Position numbers and translations under genes: made by a program. This document shows, one piece after another, positions 30,767 through 42,210 of a DNA stretch of 64,000 nt. The notes under the pieces are model-generated. The model did no database searches. It was given only the letters and a program-made list of their open reading frames with translations, and was not told where the DNA came from. Origin of the DNA: an uncultured bacterium (GTDB lineage Bacteria > Krumholzibacteriota > Krumholzibacteriia > JACNKJ01); assembly GCA_963695095.1 (NCBI GenBank), contig CAVOFT010000001.1:1952001-2016000 (forward strand). The letters run 5' to 3'. Each line of letters opens with the position of its first letter. The first letter of the stretch is position 1.

Positions 30767-31345
30767 TCACTCGGCGGCGTCGGCGCCCGGGCTCTCCTCG
30801 CGGGCCTTGGCCGGCCGCTTCTCGCGCTCGCTCGCCGGGGCCACGATCATCACGACCGTCCGACCCTCCTGCTTGGGCTCCTGCTCGATCTTGCCGTGCT
30901 CTGCCAGATCGGCGATCAGGCGGTCGAAGGTCTGCATGGCGAAGTCCATGTGGCTCATCTCGCGACCCCGGAAGCGCAGGGTCACCTTGACCTTGTCCCG
31001 GTGCTCCAGGAAGCGGATGATGTTGCGCACCTTGAACTCGTAGTCGTGATCGTCGGTCTTGGGCCGGAACTGCACTTCCTTGATCACGACCGTGTGCTGC
31101 TTCTTGCGCGCTTCCTTGGCCTTCTTGCTCTGCTCGTACTTGTACTTGCCGAAGTCCATGATCCGACACACCGGCGGCCGGGAGGCCGGGGAGACTTCGA
31201 CCAGGTCCAGGCCCCGCTCCTGGGCCATTTCCATCGCCGCAGAGGTGGCGATGATGCCCACCTGCGCGCCGTTCTCGTCGATCAGACGGATCTCGGGAAT
31301 GCGGATCCTTTGGTTCACGCGGGGTTCGTCGGAATCGCGGCGGAT
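30767..31345 (-). CDS. infC: Translation initiation factor IF-3 (ATC start)
   Basis: RVNQRIR, LDLVEVSP, PPVCRIMDFGKYKYE, FRGRE; GGAGGT RBS 6 nt before an in-frame ATC. Confidence 0.95.
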   Translation of the reverse strand: MRRDSDEPRVNQRIRIPEIRLIDENGAQVGIIATSAAMEMAQERGLDLVEVSPASRPPVCRIMDFGKYKYEQSKKAKEARKKQHTVVIKEVQFRPKTDDHDYEFKVRNIIRFLEHRDKVKVTLRFRGREMSHMDFAMQTFDRLIADLAEHGKIEQEPKQEGRTVVMIVAPASEREKRPAKAREESPGADAAE

Positions 31346-31365
31346 AGAGTTACCTCCTGCAAATG

Positions 31366-31472
31366 GAAAAAGGGGAGCGGATGCAAAGGCACCCACTCCC
31401 CCTGACGGAGTCCCTGGGACGCTGATCGACGCACGCCAGGGTGGCCGTCAGGTGAGAGTCGCCTCTGCTTTC
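31366..31472 (-). promoter_or_regulatory. L20-leader-like attenuator upstream of infC-rpmI-rplT
   Basis: AAGCAGAGGCGACTCTCACCTGACGG...CCGTCAGG helix overlapping terminator GGGGAGTGGGTGC-CTTT-GCATCCGCTCCCC-TTTTT. Confidence 0.65.
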
Positions 31473-31498
31473 GCCGTATGCGGTTGTAAGGCAGCAGA

Positions 31499-33425
31499 TT
31501 AACGCTTGGCGGCGATTTCGTCAAGGGCCCGTTGCACGAATTCCTCGGGCCGCAGGCTCCCCTCGTCCCCCTGCCGGCGGCTGCGCACCGAGACGCTGCC
31601 GTCCTCCAGCTCCCGGGAGCCGACCACCAGCATGTAGGGGATCTTCTGGAGCTCCGCCTGGCGGATCTTGTAGCCCACCTTTTCGTCGCGGCCGTCGAGC
31701 TCCGCCCGCAGGCCGGCGGCGCGCAGGTCCGCCTGCACCCGGGCTCCGTACTCGCGGAAGGGCGCGCTGACCGGCAGCACGATGACCTGGATCGGCGCCA
31801 GCCAGAGCGGGAACTCGCCGACGTAGTGCTCCGTGAGCAGGGCGATGAAGCGCTCCAGCGAGCCGAAAAGGGCGCGGTGGATGATGTAGGGGTGCTTGTG
31901 CTGCCCATCCTCGTCGACGTACTGCACGTTGAAGCGCCGCGGCAGATTGAAGTCGAACTGGATCGTCGTCGTCTGCCAGTCGCGGCCCAGGGCGTCCTTC
32001 AACTTCATGTCGATCTTGGGGCCGTAGAAGACCGCCTCGCCCTCCATGCGCTTGACCGGGAGCTGGACCCGGTTCACCGCCTCGCGGAGCGCGTGCTCCG
32101 CGGCTTCCCATTCCTCGTCCGTGCCGATGTACTTGCCCGGATTGCCGGGGTCGCGCACGCTCAGCTCGGCGCGAAACTCCGTGAACCCGAAGGAGCGCTG
32201 CAGCTCCTGGGCGAAGACGATCAGGGCCGTCACCTCGTCGACGAGCTGCTGGGGCCGGCAGAAGATGTGCGCGTCGTCCTGGGTGAAGCCGCGCACGCGC
32301 AGGAGGCCGTGCAGGGTGCCGCTGCGCTCGTAGCGGTAGACGGTGCCCAGCTCGGCGATCCGCAGGGGCAGCTCGCGATAGCTCTTGAGATCGTTCTGGA
32401 AGATCAGGATGTGGCCCGGGCAGTTCATCGGCTTGACCACGTAGAGCTGATCGTCCTGCTCGAAGGTGTACATGTTGTCCGCGTAGAAATCGAGGTGCCC
32501 GCTGGTCCGCCACAGCTCGCCCCGGAAGATGTGCGGGGTGACCACGAGCTGGTAGTCGCGCTGCTTGTGCTCGGCTTTCCAGTGGTTCTCGATCACCTCA
32601 CGGAGGATGGCGCCCTTGGGGTACCAGAAGGCGAGACCGCCGCCCGCTTCCTCCTTGATGCCGAAGAGCCCCAGCTGCTGGCCCAGCTTCCGGTGGTCTC
32701 GCTTGGCCGCCTCCTCGAGCACGTGCAGGTAGTTCTCGAGATCCTTGGCCTTGAACCAGCTCGTGCCGTAGATGCGCTGCAGCTGCTCGCGCTGCTCGTC
32801 GCCCTTCCAGTACGCGCCGGCCACGCTCATCAGCTTGAAAGCCTTGATCAGCCCGGTGTCGGGCACGTGGGGCCCGCCGCAGAGATCGACGAAGGCCCCC
32901 ACCGTGTAGAAGGAGATCGGCGTCTGGGCCGGCAGCTCCCCCACGTGCTCGACCTTGAAGGGCTGTCCGTGCTCGCGGAAGAACTGCGCGGCCTCGTCGC
33001 GGGGCAGCACCCGCTTGGCGAAGGGCAGCTTGCTGCCGCGCCAGTTCCTTCATCTTGACCTCGATGCGCTCGAGGTCCTCCGGCGTGAAGGCGCGCTCGA
33101 CGAGGATGTCGTAGTAGAAGCCGTTCTCCACGTCGGGGCCGAAGGCGAACTTCGCTTCCGGATACAGCTCCTGCACCGCCCAGGCCATCAGGTGCGCCGT
33201 GCTGTGGCGCAGCACCTTGAGGCTATCCTCGTCCTGCTCGGTGAGCACCTCGAAGCGGCCGCTGCTGTCGATCTCGCTGTGCAGATCCAGCAGGCGCCCG
33301 TCGAGCCTGACGGCGACGGCCCGGCGCAGCAACCCCTCGCTCACCGCGCGGATCGCATCGGTCACGGGCAGCGGGGCGGCCAGGGTCAGGGTCGCATCGT
33401 CCGGTAGCGTCAATGTCACGGTCAT
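31499..33425 (-). CDS. thrS: Threonine--tRNA ligase; +1 frameshift near 33033
   Basis: TGS domain, RHSTAHLMA, DLCGGPH, RDHRKLG, KPMNCPGH, RVRGFTQDDAH, HRALFGSLERF. Confidence 0.96.
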
Positions 33426-33497
33426 GTCGGTCCTCACTACGATAGAGGTGCCGCGTGCGGAGAGGGCCAGACCTCTGGCCTGGCCCTCGGCGGTCGG

Positions 33498-33571
33498 TGG
33501 GCGCTGCTGGGATCGAACCAGCGACCTCATGCGTGTCGAGCATGCACTCTAACCAGCTGAGCTAAGCGCCC
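33498..33571 (-). tRNA. tRNA-Val(GAC)
   Basis: GGGCGCT/AGCGCCC acceptor stem, CATGC-TCGACAC-GCATG anticodon arm; TTGACA upstream. Confidence 0.93.
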
Positions 33572-33621
33572 GTAGCTGCGTACGATATAATCGAGGTGTC
33601 CCCCGGCTGTCAAGGGGGTGG

Positions 33622-34696
33622 CTAGGCGACGGGCACGGCTTCGCCGACGATGCGCAGGCGCGGCGCGCCCTTGCGGAAGCTCAGCGCCCCGTCGGCGCCG
33701 AGGTCGACGTGCAGGTGGTCGCCGTAGCGAAGCTGCCCGGTCGCCACCAGGTTCGCCAGCGGGTAGACGAGGTAGCGCTCGATCGCCCGCTTGATGTGCC
33801 GGGCGCCGTACTTGCGATCGACGCCCTCCGCGAGCAAGAAGCCCTTGCCGGCATCGCTGAGCTCGAAGGAGAACTTGACGTCGCCGGCGGCCTGCATGAT
33901 CCGCCGCTGGAGCTGGGCCAGCTCGATATCGAGGATGCGCCGGACGTGCTCCTCGTTGAGGTTGCGAAAGACGACGACACTGTCGATGCGGTTCATGAAT
34001 TCCGGCGAGAACTTCCGCCGCGCGGCGTCGAGCACGGTGGCGTAGATCTGGTGATCGAAGTCGGGATCGGCGGTCGCTCCCCGCGGATCGCCGAAGCCGA
34101 TGCCGCCGGCGAAGAGCTTGTCGATGCGATCAGCGCCGATGTTGCCGGTCATGTAGATGACCGTGCGCGTCATGTCCACTTCGGTGTTGTCGCCGAGCGT
34201 CAGGCGCCCCTTGTCGAGGATGCCGAGCAGGAGGCTCCAGAGCGTGTCGCTGGCTTTTTCGATCTCGTCGAAAAGGATGAAGGTGAAGTCCATCTCCGGC
34301 GTGCGATAGCGCTCCAGGTTCGTCTGCGAGAAATAGGGCGTCGTTTCGCGGTGGCCCGAGATAGCCGGGCGGCGAACCGATCAGGCGGCTGATCTCGTGG
34401 CTGTGGGCGTACTCGGCGCAGTCCACCTTGAGCACCGCGTGCGCGGTGCCGAAGAGGATCTCGCTGGCCGCTTCGACGATGCGCGTCTTGCCGCTGCCCG
34501 TGGGGCCGAGGAAGAGGAAGTTCCCGATCGGGCGATTGGGAGGGAACAGGCCGGCGAGGAAGATCTGATAGAGGCGCGCGATGCGCTCCACGGCCCGATC
34601 CTGCCCGACGATCCGCTCGCGCAACTGCTGTTCGAAGCGCTCGGCAGCAAGCGACTTTTTCGTGGGATCCAGGATGCTCTTCGTTGCGGTGCTCAC
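33622..34696 (-). CDS. Stand-alone ClpA/ClpB second-AAA+-domain ATPase; +1 frameshift near 34355
   Basis: IVGQDRAV, FLFLGPTGSGKT, LIGSPPGYLG, LFDEIEKA, G.LTLGD, PEFMNRID, YGARHIKR; GGAGG RBS before GTG. Confidence 0.88.
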
Positions 34697-34733
34697 GATG
34701 CGGGGACCTCCTGCTGCCGTTCCGGCGGGCATC

Positions 34734-34750
34734 AGCAAGCGGCCTGCCAA
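34734..34750 (-). promoter_or_regulatory. Putative sigma54 promoter of the Clp-D2 ATPase
   Basis: TTGGCAGG-CCGC-TTGCT; palindromes 120-200 bp upstream. Confidence 0.65.
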
Positions 34751-35028
34751 GGTCAGCCCTGCCCACCGGGCCGGGAAGCACGAGAAATCCTCGGCCAAGC
34801 CGAACCACATCTGATTGGCATTGCCCGGCTTCGCCACCGGACCCGCAGTGCCGAGCTGTCCCGCTCGCGGGAATGAAATGCCCGCAGCCAGGCGCAGGCG
34901 CCGCAGGCAGCATTTCATCGCGCACGGTGTTGCAATGCCCGGCTGCAATATCCAATGCTCGCGCAGCAACGCGAAAGGCGGGCACCGCCCTGGGGCAGCA
35001 CCCGCCTCTCTGCACCCTGGCGCCAGGT

Positions 35029-36930
<1,902 letters not shown>

Positions 36931-37213
36931 GACCTCTCCTTCCCCGTAGGGATCGCTCGTTTCCAGGACTGCATAGGGAAGAGTCGTGCCAGCCTGGCAA
37001 CATCCGAGAAACGGCCCTAACTAACTGCAATCATGCCGCCTAGGGGGCCGGCCTCCGGCTGCGCTCTCAGCGGGCCAAGCCTGGTCGGCCAATCTGGCGC
37101 TTTCACTGCCAGGATGTCGCGCCACGGATTGCCGCCCTGTCCGCCCTGGCAGTCAGGCCTTGTCTCGGCGACAAGCCGGGGATACCCTGCCGGCGACGCC
37201 TCAGGAGGGCTCC

Positions 37214-38569
37214 GTGAAAGCACCACCTTGGACCCTGGGCCGCAGCGGCGTGAAGCTCGTCGACTGCTTCCGGCGCACGGATGCCCTGGCCGTCTATCCG
37301 GTTCTGATGGCCGCCGAGCGCAGTGCGGCCGCCGAGCAGCAAGAGCGGCAGTGGGCTGCCCTGCGCGCCCTCATCGAGCATGCCTGCCGCCGCGTGCCCT
37401 ACTACCGACGCCTCTTTCGCGAACGGGGCCTCGAGCCCGAGGATTTCCGCGAGCCCGGGGATCTGGCCCTGCTGCCCCGGCTCACCAAGGAAATCATCCG
37501 AGCCGAGGGCGAGGCCATGCTGGCCGAGAACTGGCGCTCCTATCAGCCCCGGCCGAAGGCGACGAGCGGGTCCACCGGCGTGCCACTGCGCTACTGGATC
37601 GATCGGCGCAGCCACAGCTACCACTGGGCCGCCATCTGGCGGGCCTGGGCACTGAGCGGGTTCAGGCCCGGCGACCGCTGGGCCGCGCTCTCGGGCGGGG
37701 CGCTGGTACCCGATCACGTCGACTTCAAGCAGAGCCTCTATCTCTGGCTCAATGGCGCCTTGCACTTGCCCAGCTACCACCTCAGCGAGGAACTCCTGGA
37801 GCGCTATGCCCGCCTGCTCGCGCGCCGGCCCCTGCCGCTGCTCTACGCCTATCCGAGCAGCCTGCGTCTCTTCGCTCGCTACCTGGCCCAGAGCGGACGC
37901 CGAATCGCCATCCAGCACTTCTTCACGACCAGCGAAGTCCTGCCCCCCGCCTGGCGCCGCGAGATCGAAGCGGCCACCGGCGGCCGGGTGCACGATATCT
38001 ACGGCAACAACGACGGCGGCATCCTCGCCTGGGAATGCGAGGAGCACAGCGGCTACCATCTCAACATGGAAGGCGCCTTCGTCGAGATCGTCGACGAGGA
38101 GGACCGGCAGCTGTCGGTGGGCCAGTCAGGCGAGATCCTGAGCACGAATCTCCTGAACTACGCCATGCCCTTCCTGCGCTATGCGCCCGGCGACGCGGGC
38201 AGCCTCGCCCCGGCCGGCTGCGCCTGCGGCCGCAGTCTACAGCGCCTGGCGGGCATCGAGGGCCGCATCCGCGACGTGATCGTGACCGGCTCCGGACGGC
38301 AGGTGCACGGCGCCTTCTTCAACCACTTCGAGCCCTTCTACCGCGCCGAGTGGCTCGAGGCCTTTCAGGTTCACCAGCAAGAGCCCGGCGCGCTTCGCCT
38401 GCTGCTGAAGTCGAATCGCCCTCCCCGGCCGCTGGAACTGGACGCCCTGCGCGCCGCCCTCGTCCAGGGACTTGGGGTGGAGACGCGGATCGATCTCGTG
38501 CTCGTTGATGAGATTCCCCGGGGCAAAGCCGGGAAGCATCGGCTGATCGTCTCGGAGCTTGCGGATTAG
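37214..38569 (+). CDS. Phenylacetate--CoA ligase-like/CapK-family adenylate-forming protein
   Basis: VPYYRRLF, TSGSTGVP, AYPSSL, AMPFLRYAPGD, GKHRLI; AGGAGG RBS. Confidence 0.85.
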   Translation: MKAPPWTLGRSGVKLVDCFRRTDALAVYPVLMAAERSAAAEQQERQWAALRALIEHACRRVPYYRRLFRERGLEPEDFREPGDLALLPRLTKEIIRAEGEAMLAENWRSYQPRPKATSGSTGVPLRYWIDRRSHSYHWAAIWRAWALSGFRPGDRWAALSGGALVPDHVDFKQSLYLWLNGALHLPSYHLSEELLERYARLLARRPLPLLYAYPSSLRLFARYLAQSGRRIAIQHFFTTSEVLPPAWRREIEAATGGRVHDIYGNNDGGILAWECEEHSGYHLNMEGAFVEIVDEEDRQLSVGQSGEILSTNLLNYAMPFLRYAPGDAGSLAPAGCACGRSLQRLAGIEGRIRDVIVTGSGRQVHGAFFNHFEPFYRAEWLEAFQVHQQEPGALRLLLKSNRPPRPLELDALRAALVQGLGVETRIDLVLVDEIPRGKAGKHRLIVSELAD

Positions 38570-38594
38570 GGGTCCTGGCCGCCACTCCCCGCGG

Positions 38595-38676
38595 TGCCGG
38601 AGCCGGGACTCGAACCCGGATGGCTTGCACCGGGGGATTTTAAGTCCCCTGCGTCTGCCCGTTCCGCCACTCCGGC
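38595..38676 (-). tRNA. tRNA-Leu(TAA)
   Basis: GGGGA-CTTAAAA-TCCCC anticodon arm, long variable arm. Confidence 0.95.
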
Positions 38677-38690
38677 CCAAGATTCTGCGG

Positions 38691-38761
38691 AGGCGGCACC
38701 CGGATTCGAACCGGGGATAGCGGTTTTGCAGACCGTCGCCTTACCCCTTGGCTATGCCGCC
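38691..38761 (-). tRNA. tRNA-Cys(GCA)
   Basis: GGCGGCA/TGCCGCC acceptor stem, CTGCAAA loop, U73 discriminator. Confidence 0.95.
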
Positions 38762-38809
38762 TGAAATCCGAGACCCCCTCCTCACCGGAGGCGATGTGCC
38801 CGTGCGATC

Positions 38810-38884
<75 letters not shown>

Positions 38885-38897
38885 CCAAGACCTGCTA

Positions 38898-38926
38898 TGA
38901 ATAGGACAAAGCCCCGGCACTGTCAA
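38898..38926 (-). promoter_or_regulatory. sigma70 promoter of the Gly-Cys-Leu tRNA operon
   Basis: TTGACA-17 nt-TATTCA, overlapping the glgA stop codon. Confidence 0.65.
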
Positions 38927-40495
38927 GTGGCCAGGGCTGGGCCGGAACTCGAATCCCGGGCTTGGCTACTGCGAATCCGCGCCAGCAAGCGAGCGACCTC
39001 TGTGTCCTGCCCCCGTCGCGCGGCCAGGGCCGCCGCGTAGAGCAGAAGATAGTCGCCGGCGCTGCGCTCCCAGCTGAAATCCAGCGCCATGATCCGCTGG
39101 CGCACGGCGAGCAGCGCCTGCGGCCGGTCATGCAGGGCGAGCGCAGCCTCGATGGCGGCCAGGAGTTGCTCGGCCTCCGGCTCCTCGAAAACGAAACCGC
39201 GGCCGCCCTCCGGATCGCTCGCCAGATCGCTGACCGTATCGGCCAGCCCGCCCGTCTCGCGGACGATCGGCAGGGTGCCGTAGCGCATGCTGTAGAGCTG
39301 ATTCAGGCCACATGGCTCGTAGCGGCTGGGCATCAGGAAGAAGTCCGCCCCGGCCTCGATCCGGTGCGCGAGCGCCTCGTCGAACCTCAGGACAACTTTG
39401 ACCTTATCCGGGTAATCCACTGCCATAGCAGTAAATATGGCTTCAATCTCAGGGCTGCCGCTGCCCAGGACGGCAAGCTGGAGCGGCAGGGCCATCAGCG
39501 CTTCGGCGATGGGCCCGAAGAGGTCGAAGCCCTTCTGGTGGACCAGCCGCGAGACGATGCCCAGCAGCGGCCGCTCGGGGCGCTGGGGTAGCCCAAACTC
39601 CGCCTGGAGCGCCGCCTTGTTCGCGGCCTTGCCCGCGGTGACCGTGGCCTCGCTGTAGGTCTGGGCGAGCCAGGGATCGCCGGCCGGCGACCAGGCCGCC
39701 GTATCGATGCCGTTGAGGATCCCCACGAGGCGATCCCGCCGCAAGGCCAGCACGCCCTCCAGGCCATGGCCGTACTCGGGCAGGCTGGCGATCTCCTCCG
39801 CATAGCGCGGGCTCACGGTGGCCACCAGGTCCGCCCCCAGGATGCCCGCCTTCATGCAGTTGAGCTGTCCCCAGAACTCCCAGGCGCTGCCGTAACCGGC
39901 CTCGTGGGGCGAGAGCCCCGCCCGGGCCAGGAGGGGCAAGGGGAATGAGTCCCTGGTAGGCCAGGTTGTGGATGCTGAAGACGGTCGCCGCCCCCGCGAG
40001 CGCCGGGCTCTGCCCCCAGTGCCGATCACGCAGGAGCGGCAGGGTCCCGCTGTGGAAGTCATTGCTGTGGAGGATGTCGAGCGGCTCCCTGCGCGCGGCC
40101 AGCCAGTCGAGGGCGGCCACCCCGAAGGCCAGGAAGCGCTCGCCATCATCGGGGAAGGCCTTGCCGGAGTCCGGGTCGGTGTAGACGCCCGGGCGATCGA
40201 AGTAGCGCGGGATGTCGATCGCGACCACCTCCAGGCCCCGCGCCAGCTCCAGCGTCCAGGCGCGGTAGCGCGAGGGCGCTCCCGCCGGCTGGAAGGGGAT
40301 GGGGCCCTCGTGGTCGGACTGGAAGTCGTGTCCGCCCCTGCGCACCACCTGATGCATGGGCAAGATGAGGCGCAGCACATGGCCGCGCGCGGCCAGCGCC
40401 TGGGGCAGCGCGCCGGCCACATCGCCGAGCCCCCCCACCTTGGCGAAGGGGAGCGCCTCCGCGGTGACGAAAGCGATGTGCAGGGACGGCTTCAC
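38923..40495 (-). CDS. glgA: Glycogen synthase; +1 frameshift near 39946
   Basis: KVGGLGDV, FSIHNLAYQG, GILNGID, SRLVHQKG, PSRYEPCGLNQ. Confidence 0.95.
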
Positions 40496-40503
40496 CGGAG
40501 GCG

Positions 40504-41517
40504 CTAGTCCGAGTCCGGCGGGCTGAGCTCGAGCCGGCGCAGATACTCCGCGGCGTCCTCGGGCGGCGTCGGGTTGATGTAGAAGCCGCTCCCCCATTCG
40601 AAGCCCGCGACCTTCGTCAGCTTCGGCATCAGCTCGAGGTGCCAGTGGAAGTGCCAGTCGGCGCCGGTGTTGATGGGCGCCGTATGCAGGACGTAGTTGT
40701 AGGCGGGCTGATCCAGCGCCAGGTTCAGCTTGCGCAGGACCGTGCTCAGAACGCGGGCCAGGTCCAGGCGCGCGGCCTCGCCCATCCGATGGAAGTGGGG
40801 CTCGTGCCGGCGGGGCAGGATCCAGGTCTCGAAGGGAAAGCGCGCCGCGAAGGGCGAAATGACGAGGAAGTGCTCGCTCTCCATGATGATGCGCTGGCCG
40901 TCGAAGAGCTCCTGGTCGATGATGTCGCAGAAGATGCAGCGCTCCTTGATCTCGAAGTGCCGCCGTGTGCCTTCGAGCTCCTCGACCACGCGCTTGGGGA
41001 TGATCGGCGTTGCGATCAGCTGCGTATGCGAGTGCTCGAGGCTGGCGCCCGCCTCCTCCCCGTGGTTCTTGAACACGAGGATGTAGCGGAAGCGAGCGTC
41101 CTGGGCCAGGTCGATCTGTCGGAGCTGGTAGACCTCCAGCACGGCGGCGATCTGCGCCACGCTCAGGTCGGCGAAGCTGCGGTTGTGCTCCGGCGAATCG
41201 ATGATCACTTCATGGGCGCCGATGCCGTCGACGACGTCATAGAGCCCGACGCCGCGCCGCTTCAGCTCGCCTTCGATGATCAGGGCCGGGAACTTGTTCG
41301 GGACCACGCGCACCTGCCAGCCGGGCGTGTCCCGCTCGCCCCGCGGGCGCAGGGCGAAGATCTCCGGCGGCGTCTTGTCCTCGTTGCCGGGACAGAAGGG
41401 GCAAAAGCCGCCGTGACTGACCGGAGACCGATGCGGAAAGTCCATCGGTCGCTTGCCGCGTTCGCTGGCGATGATCACCCAGCGGCCGACGACGGGATCC
41501 TTGCGTAGCTCAGGCAT
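40504..41517 (-). CDS. galT: GalT-family hexose-1-phosphate nucleotidyltransferase
   Basis: CPFCPGNE, PNKFPAL, GAHEVII, GASLEHSHTQ, GFEWGSG. Confidence 0.88.
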   Translation of the reverse strand: MPELRKDPVVGRWVIIASERGKRPMDFPHRSPVSHGGFCPFCPGNEDKTPPEIFALRPRGERDTPGWQVRVVPNKFPALIIEGELKRRGVGLYDVVDGIGAHEVIIDSPEHNRSFADLSVAQIAAVLEVYQLRQIDLAQDARFRYILVFKNHGEEAGASLEHSHTQLIATPIIPKRVVEELEGTRRHFEIKERCIFCDIIDQELFDGQRIIMESEHFLVISPFAARFPFETWILPRRHEPHFHRMGEAARLDLARVLSTVLRKLNLALDQPAYNYVLHTAPINTGADWHFHWHLELMPKLTKVAGFEWGSGFYINPTPPEDAAEYLRRLELSPPDSD

Positions 41518-41528
41518 CGGAATCCCGC

Positions 41529-42116
41529 CTAGCGCTCAAAAATCCAGGAGTCCTTGTAGCCCGCTTCGATGAGCATCCGTCTGAGGGCGACCGCCTCGTC
41601 GCGCCCGGCATAGCCGCCCACGAGCACCTTGTAGAAGGGATCCAGCCACAGGATGCGCACCGGCTGCTCGAGCTGGGCGTCGGCGGACAGGGCATGCTCC
41701 TCTGCGCTCGGCCGGCTGGGGCTGGCGAAGATCTGCACGTAGAAGAGCGGCGTGGACGGCGCGCTCGAGGCCGTCTCCACGGGCGGCGGCGTCGCCGCCG
41801 GCGGGGCGCTCGGCGCCGCGGCGGGGGGCACGGCTGCCCCGGCAGCAGCTGGGGGCGCGGCGCTGGCCGCCGCTTCTTCCAAGGCGAAGGTCTCGTCGAG
41901 CACAGGCAGGTCGGGCTCGGCGAGCACGGCATCGGCCTCCGCGGGCGGAGGCGGCTCCTCGGCGAGGAAGTCGTAGGTCAGCGTATCGCTGGCGGCGCTG
42001 CTCACTTCCGCCACCGGCTCCATGTCCAGCCACGGATCGGCATGAAAGGTCTGCTTCGGGCTGCAGGCGGCCACCAGGACGCAGCCGCCCAGCAGGATCA
42101 TGACGCCTTTGCGCAT
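41529..42116 (-). CDS. SPOR-domain lipoprotein
   Basis: Lipobox VAAC, Pro/Ala linker, FYVQIFA...YKVLVGGY...GYKDSWI. Confidence 0.82.
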   Translation of the reverse strand: MRKGVMILLGGCVLVAACSPKQTFHADPWLDMEPVAEVSSAASDTLTYDFLAEEPPPPAEADAVLAEPDLPVLDETFALEEAAASAAPPAAAGAAVPPAAAPSAPPAATPPPVETASSAPSTPLFYVQIFASPSRPSAEEHALSADAQLEQPVRILWLDPFYKVLVGGYAGRDEAVALRRMLIEAGYKDSWIFER

Positions 42117-42210
42117 CGGTCTCGCCTCCCTCTGCTGACCGCCCATGGCGATGAGCGGCGGCAGGATAGCAACCGCCCCCAGGGCTGGCAACAGGATTCC
42201 CCCCGCCCGC

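Noticed and set aside
33000..33060. Programmed frameshift in thrS
   Set aside because: No slippery heptamer; same +1 pattern as six unrelated genes, so a sequencing error is more parsimonious
33426..33497. T-box riboswitch upstream of thrS
   Set aside because: Only 72 nt between tRNA-Val and thrS, with one simple hairpin and no T-box consensus
41760..41960. Repeat-like GC-rich stretch, similar to 58700-59100
   Set aside because: Encodes Pro/Ala-rich protein linkers, not a DNA repeat array
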